In this document: piece by piece, positions 57,449-64,000 of the stretch
Layout of the letters: the number at the start of each line of letters is the position of its first letter
How positions within the stretch are numbered: the stretch's first letter is position 1
DNA from: the human T2T-CHM13v2.0 reference genome, Homo sapiens
DNA: 64,000 nucleotides
Strand: one strand, 5' to 3'
Assembly (NCBI RefSeq): GCF_009914755.1
Contig: NC_060947.1
Notes under the pieces: generated by a model
The model's database searches: none
What the model was told of the DNA's origin: nothing
The model's input: the letters and a program-made list of their open reading frames with translations, nothing else
Translations under genes and position numbers: made by a program

Positions 57449-57845
57449 AAGATTGTATATTCTGCAGCAGTTGGATAAAATGTTCTGTAAATGTCAGTTA
57501 TGCCTAGTAGGTCTGGTGTATAGCTTAACTCTGCTGTTTGTTTCTTGATTGTATTTTTTGTCTAAATGATCTGTTCAGTACTGAGAATGGTGTGTTAAAG
57601 TCTCCTGAATTACAGTCCATCTCTCTCTTTAGGTCTATAAATTTTTGTTTTATATACTTGGGACTTCCAGTGTTGGGTGCATTGGTATAATTATTATATC
57701 CTCTTCCTGAATTGACCCATTTATCATTATACAGTGACCTTCTTTGTCTCTTTTTACAGTCTTTGATTTGTTCACTATTTTATATGATGTAAGTTTAGCG
57801 ACTTCTGCTCTTTTTTGATTTCCAGTTACATGGAATATCATTTTC

Positions 57846-58708
<863 letters not shown>

Positions 58709-61700
58709 TCATTTTCTACCCCTTCACTTTCAGCCTAGTGTATCTTCATAGGTGAAGAGGGTTTCTGATAGGCAGCATGTAGTTGGATATAGTTAGGTAT
58801 TGCTTCTCTATCCATTCAACCACTCTATGCCTTTTAATTGGAGACTCAACTCAATTTATATGCAGTGTTATTACTAATAGGGAATGTCTTATTACTGTCA
58901 TTTTTTTTTATCTTGTTGTTTTGTAACCTCCCTCACTCCCTCCCTTCCTTCCTTCTCTCTCTCCCTCCTTCTCTCTCTCTCTTTCTTTCTCTTGTCTTCT
59001 TTCTTCCTTGGTGGGTTAAGTGATTTTCTCTGGTAGTATATTTTAATTTGTTGCTTTTTATTTTTATTGAATCTATTTTAGATTTTTTCATTGTGGTTAC
59101 CATGAGGCTTACAAAAAACATAGATGTAACAAGTTATTTTAATGAGATAAGAATTTATCTTAGATCACAAAGGAAATAATAGAAACAAAGAAAAAGGCTT
59201 CTACACATTAACTCCATCCACCCCACATTTTAAATTTTAGTTGTCTCTATTTACATGTATTTATATTACCTGTCTCTTAACAGGTTGATGTTGCTTTTTT
59301 TTTTTTATTTTTGACAGACTTATATTTTGGCCTTCATAGTAGAGTTATGAGTGGATTGCACACCATAATTATAGTATTAGAGTATTCTCAGTTTGTCCAT
59401 GTACTTAATTTTACCAGTGGGTTTTATACCTTCAAAGGGTATTTTTCCAAATTTGCATGCGTGCGTGTGTGCATGTGTGTGTGTGTTTCAGATCAAAGAA
59501 CTTCCTTTAGCATTTCTAGTAAGATAGATCTTGTCATGAATTTTCTCAGCTTTTGTTTGTCTGAGAAAGACTTTATTTCTCCTTCATATTTGAAAGATAA
59601 CTTTACTTGATAAAGAATTCTTATATGACAGTGTTTTCTTTTCTTTCAGCCCTCTGAGAATGCTGTTCCATTCCCTCCTGGCCTGTACGGTTTCTGTTGA
59701 GATGTCTATTGCCAGATGAATTGGAGATCCTTCATATTTTATTTGCTTCTTTTCTCTTGCTGATTTTAGAATTCTTTTTCCTTGACCTTAAAGTTTGAAT
59801 ATTATATGCCTTGGGTTAGTCTTACTTGGGCCTAATATCTTTGGTATTGTCTGACCTTCCTGTACCTGGATACTTATATCTTTCTCAAGCTTTGGAAAGT
59901 TTTCTTTTATTATTTATTTGAATAAGCTTTCTACCCCCTTGTTCTTGCTCAACTCCCTCTTAAACATCAATAATTCTTAGATTTGTTTTTTTGAGGTAAT
60001 TTTCTGTGTATTGTAGGTGATTTTCATTTCATTTTTATTTTTTCTCCTCTATGTATTTTCAAGTAGTCTGTCTTCATGCTCTCTGATTGTTTCCTATGCT
60101 TGATCCACTTTGCTGTTGATTGAGAGCCTCTAATAAATTTTTCAGTTCAGCAAATATATTTCTCAGTTCCAAGATTTCTGTTTGGTTTTTAAAAAATCAT
60201 TTCGATCTCTTTGTTAAATTTCTCTGATTTGAGTTTTTAAAGAACTACTATTTTGAATTCTTGGTCAGAGAGTTCCCATATCACCATCTTGTTAGGGTCT
60301 GTTACTTGTTCCTTGCTTTATCTGTTTGGGAAGATCATGGTTCCCTCTTTACTCTTGTTTCTTGTGGATGTACATCTATGTATTTGCCTTAGAGTATTAG
60401 TTATTCCAGTCGTCTCTTTCTGGCTTGTTTTTGTTTTTTTTTTATTGGATATATTTGTTTAGAGGTTCTTTACTGCTAGGTTACTGATTCCTTTTCAGCT
60501 CTAGGTGGCACCTTAAGTCCAGGTTTGCCTCAACTCTAGTAAACAATTGGAGTATTTCCCTTCCCAAATGGCGGGGAGGTCCAAATGGGAATATCCTGTC
60601 AGTGTGGGAAGGCTGGCTATGGGTTCATGCCCAGGGGTCCTATGGGACAAACCTTACACAGCGTGGTGCTGCTGAAGAGCCACTCTGATTTAACATCTTT
60701 TTTGACAGAGTTATAGAAAGGAGTTTCCAGGGGTGGGGATAGTATTCCCACCCTTCCCTTGGTCTTTGCCAATCCTAAGGGGTATTTCTCCCTTCAGGCA
60801 TTCATGATGCTTCCTGTGGGTTAAGACAGGGCCAGATCTACTGTCAGGGAACCCAAGACGCTGAGGAAGCTGTTTGCCTACCTTGATTTCACTTTTCCCA
60901 GTATATAAACATTGAGTTAAGGGAAAATTTTCTGAATGCTTGGTGCTAGGTAGAAGAGCGGAAGGGGTGTCACAGATGTGGGAGTCTGAGTATCTTATTG
61001 TCTGCTTGGAGTTTTTTTTAACTTCTTTGTGGCCCCTGGAACTGTCTCATCTTCACATTTGAGTTCTGGGATATTTCTGGTAATAACCTCAGCACTGTAT
61101 ATTTGTTTATGGTTATATTTTGTTGAAAGGGAGGAAGTCAGCTTGCTTCTATATTGCCGTTTTGGAACTGGAAGTTCCCACAATTTTATAACTTTGAGAA
61201 TGGAAAACATTCTAAGACATGTTAATGACATTGCTTCAGAATGCTACATCAGCATATTCCTGGTTGTACCTGAACATGCGTTCAACTGTTTTATTTGGGG
61301 TTGGATGTCAACATTAATATGCTGTTACCTTAAGCTTGGTTTTCATTCTTAGTGGCAATGTTCCTTAACAAAAGACATATTGTATAGATTATTATAAGCT
61401 TCATTACACTCAACCCTGGCTGCTATTTATAATTTGGATCAACATTTATTGACTAATGTGGTCCAGTGGACTCATTTGAATTCAGTCAATATGATCAACC
61501 TGCTGTTAATCTCAATGGAAGTCAATAAATTTATATACAGACATTGAAGACTTATTAGATTGAAAGCTTTATGAAGCAATGCAAGGTAATATCTTCTTAG
61601 CTACATTAGTTCTGTCATTCACTTAACTTGGAGGTTCTGGCCTTGGGTAAGTAGAAGGTTGAAGCAGACTTAAGTAAAGTTTTAGAAATCAAGTCAAATT

Positions 61701-62383
61701 CAAAGATATTCTGGCAGGATTTTTGATATCAAGCATTGCAAGCCACAGAATGGATAAGTATCCACAGACCAGCATTTTAAAATAGTGGGGAGTTACACAT
61801 ACATTTTGGGAAAACTGACATAGTAAAGACATTCGCATTCAATTATATTTTTGTGCCTTTTTGTTTGCTTCTGATACTTGTTAATCACAATTTTTATTTT
61901 TGTTTCTCCTGAATCCACCTCCTTTATGCATTGTTTATGATTATGAATATGCATTCTTGCAAGCAGGGCTTTGTTATTTGAATAGTTTCATGCATTCAAT
62001 ATTAATAAAGAGTTGGTGTTTATTAGGTTTCTTTCCCTTTGCATCCCAGAAAATACTACTTTTTGTATTGTATTTGTTAAGAAACTAAAGGAAAAAAATG
62101 ACCAGCAGTTAGACACTTCTCTGTAATTCTTTTTGATCATTTTACATTTATGCCTTATTTTTCAACTCTTTATATGATCTGAAATAGGATACAGACTTAT
62201 TTCACTAACTTTGATTGTTGATGGTTTTGGGGGAAGGGTGTCACAGTTAACAAATGGCGTTTCTTTCAGTGCATTTTTTGATTTAGGAAAGGAAGTAAAT
62301 CTTACCAGAATCAACTTAGAAATATAAGTAAAGGCTTCATGTAAACTTGCAATGTTTCTGTAAAGTTCTGCCTTCCATTTGAC

Positions 62384-62600
62384 CAGTAATTCTTAACAAG
62401 GGGCAATTTTACTTCCCTAAGGGACATTTGACAGTATCTGGAGACATTTTTGGTTGACACAACTGATGTGTAGGGGTGAGGACATTACTGGCATCTAGTG
62501 GGTAGAGGTCACTAAACATCTTACAATACACAGGACAGCTCCCTACCACAGAGAGTTCTTGGGGCTCAAAATAGCAATAGTGCCGAATTAAGAAACCTTG
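62384..62600 (+). mobile_element. MER20 hAT-Charlie DNA transposon
   Basis: GGGACATTTGACAGTATCTGGAGACATTTTTGGTTG...TACTGGCATCTAGTGGGTAGAGG...AAGAAACCTTG. Confidence 0.92.
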
Positions 62601-63319
62601 CTGTAGAGGAGGTGCCACACCTTTGGCTTTAGTTCTAGTCATTCAGAAAGAGAACCCATGATTCATTTTCCCAGCTAACTCACATTATGCAACCCTGTTT
62701 TAAAATTCCAGTCTCTGTGTCAGATGCACAGCAGTAAGTCTGCTTCTCTGTACGAGGGAAATTGTTTTCTACTAACTGATGACCTCAGTTTAGCAGTTTC
62801 TTTTCCAGCACATCAAAGCTCACAGTCAGACTTGCTGCAGCAAGTACACTTTTGAGTAGCTTGATGACATATAAAGACCCTCTTTGGCATTCATACTGTG
62901 CTGCTCTATTGTTTATAGGCTAGCAGTAAATTATTTATGGATATTGCTAGAGATAGAAGTCACTTGCTCTCTCCTTTTTAGCCCAAAAGCTATATTTTAT
63001 CTGGTGGCAAGATTTTATGTGAAAATTATGCGGTGGTGGGCGGGGGGGAGCGGTTTATGTACTCTTTGCATTTGTGTGACAAGTTTTATGGTACCAGTCC
63101 CATCCGCTTTTTATTACTTTAAACCTGCTTTGGAAATTATTATTAATTACATCATGAACTCAGCAAATAATATGTTTTTTTAGAATTCCCATTATAAATA
63201 ATTTCAGAAAGGCTCTTCCTGAGTCAATTTAGAGAAATACTATCAGAAAAAACTCATTTTGGTCCTAAAGCAAAGCAAAAAATCTTTAGGTCGCTTTGGA
63301 GCATTGATCTATAAATGGA

Positions 63320-63364
63320 TATGTGTGTGTGTGTGCACGTGTGTGTGTGTGAGAGAGAGAGAGA
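63320..63364. repeat. Compound (TG)n(AG)n microsatellite
   Basis: Seen directly. Confidence 0.9.
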
Positions 63365-64000
63365 ATCAGTTGAATGCCAAAGTAATCATTATAGGGTGTG
63401 CATTTATTTTTGCGAGCATCAGTGTACTTCAGGTTGTTTTTTTAGTATGCAAAACATTATTTCTGGTTGAGTTTACACTGACATATTTCCAACCACTGAT
63501 TCTGATTTAGAGGTTTTTTCTTGTTCTCCATCTCTCCTCACACCTCCCAAGTGGTAACATTTTGTTCTTAAATTTATCAGGCATTTATGAAATTGACTAT
63601 TTTCTAAAAAAACAGTAATACCAAAAGTATGTGTAGAAGGCAGTACTAGTCAGAATGCATAGCTCAACCCAGAACTCTACAGCTCTAATAGATTTTTGCC
63701 TTTATTAAGACTGATTAATTGTCAATCGTAAAATTTAAAAAAATGAATTGTTAATGAATTAACAAGGGACAAACTATGGTATGTCAACAAAAATATTTTT
63801 TTCAGTGGATTTTGTTAGTAGACAGACACTTCATGCCAGTAGTTTAGGCTGTAAGGAAACTCTAAGAACTCATTAGACGTAGAAGACAACAGATAGAGTC
63901 TACTTGGAATCAAGTCATTAGTCCCTGGTTATGATAAAACTATTGGTACCACGGCCAAAAAGAACTAAAGAAAAGTTAAACATAATAATATGATTTTTAA

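Overview
AT-rich, CpG-poor primate (human-like) genomic DNA dominated by interspersed repeats. It holds four large LINE-1 elements (one cut by the window start, one with both ends but an internal ORF2 deletion, and two full-length old copies lying tail-to-tail), a complete THE1 MaLR provirus, several solo LTRs, Alus, MIR/L2 relics and hAT DNA-transposon fossils. The only recognisable gene-derived sequence is an intronless RANBP1 processed retrocopy on the minus strand (57846-58702). It has an uninterrupted 201-codon ORF, a poly(A) tail and a perfect 15-bp target-site duplication (TSD), and it sits at the start of ORF2 of an old L1. No spliced protein-coding exon, RNA gene or CRISPR array could be supported, and nearly all other ORFs in the track are repeat-derived or chance. 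A few repeat-free blocks look like candidate cis-regulatory elements (inference only). I found no convincing novel biological system. The best leads are the intact retrocopy, an unexplained 46-bp direct repeat, and the nested or rearranged L1 architecture. Repeat subfamily names and the comparison to parental RANBP1 come from recalled consensus sequences and should be confirmed with RepeatMasker/BLAST.
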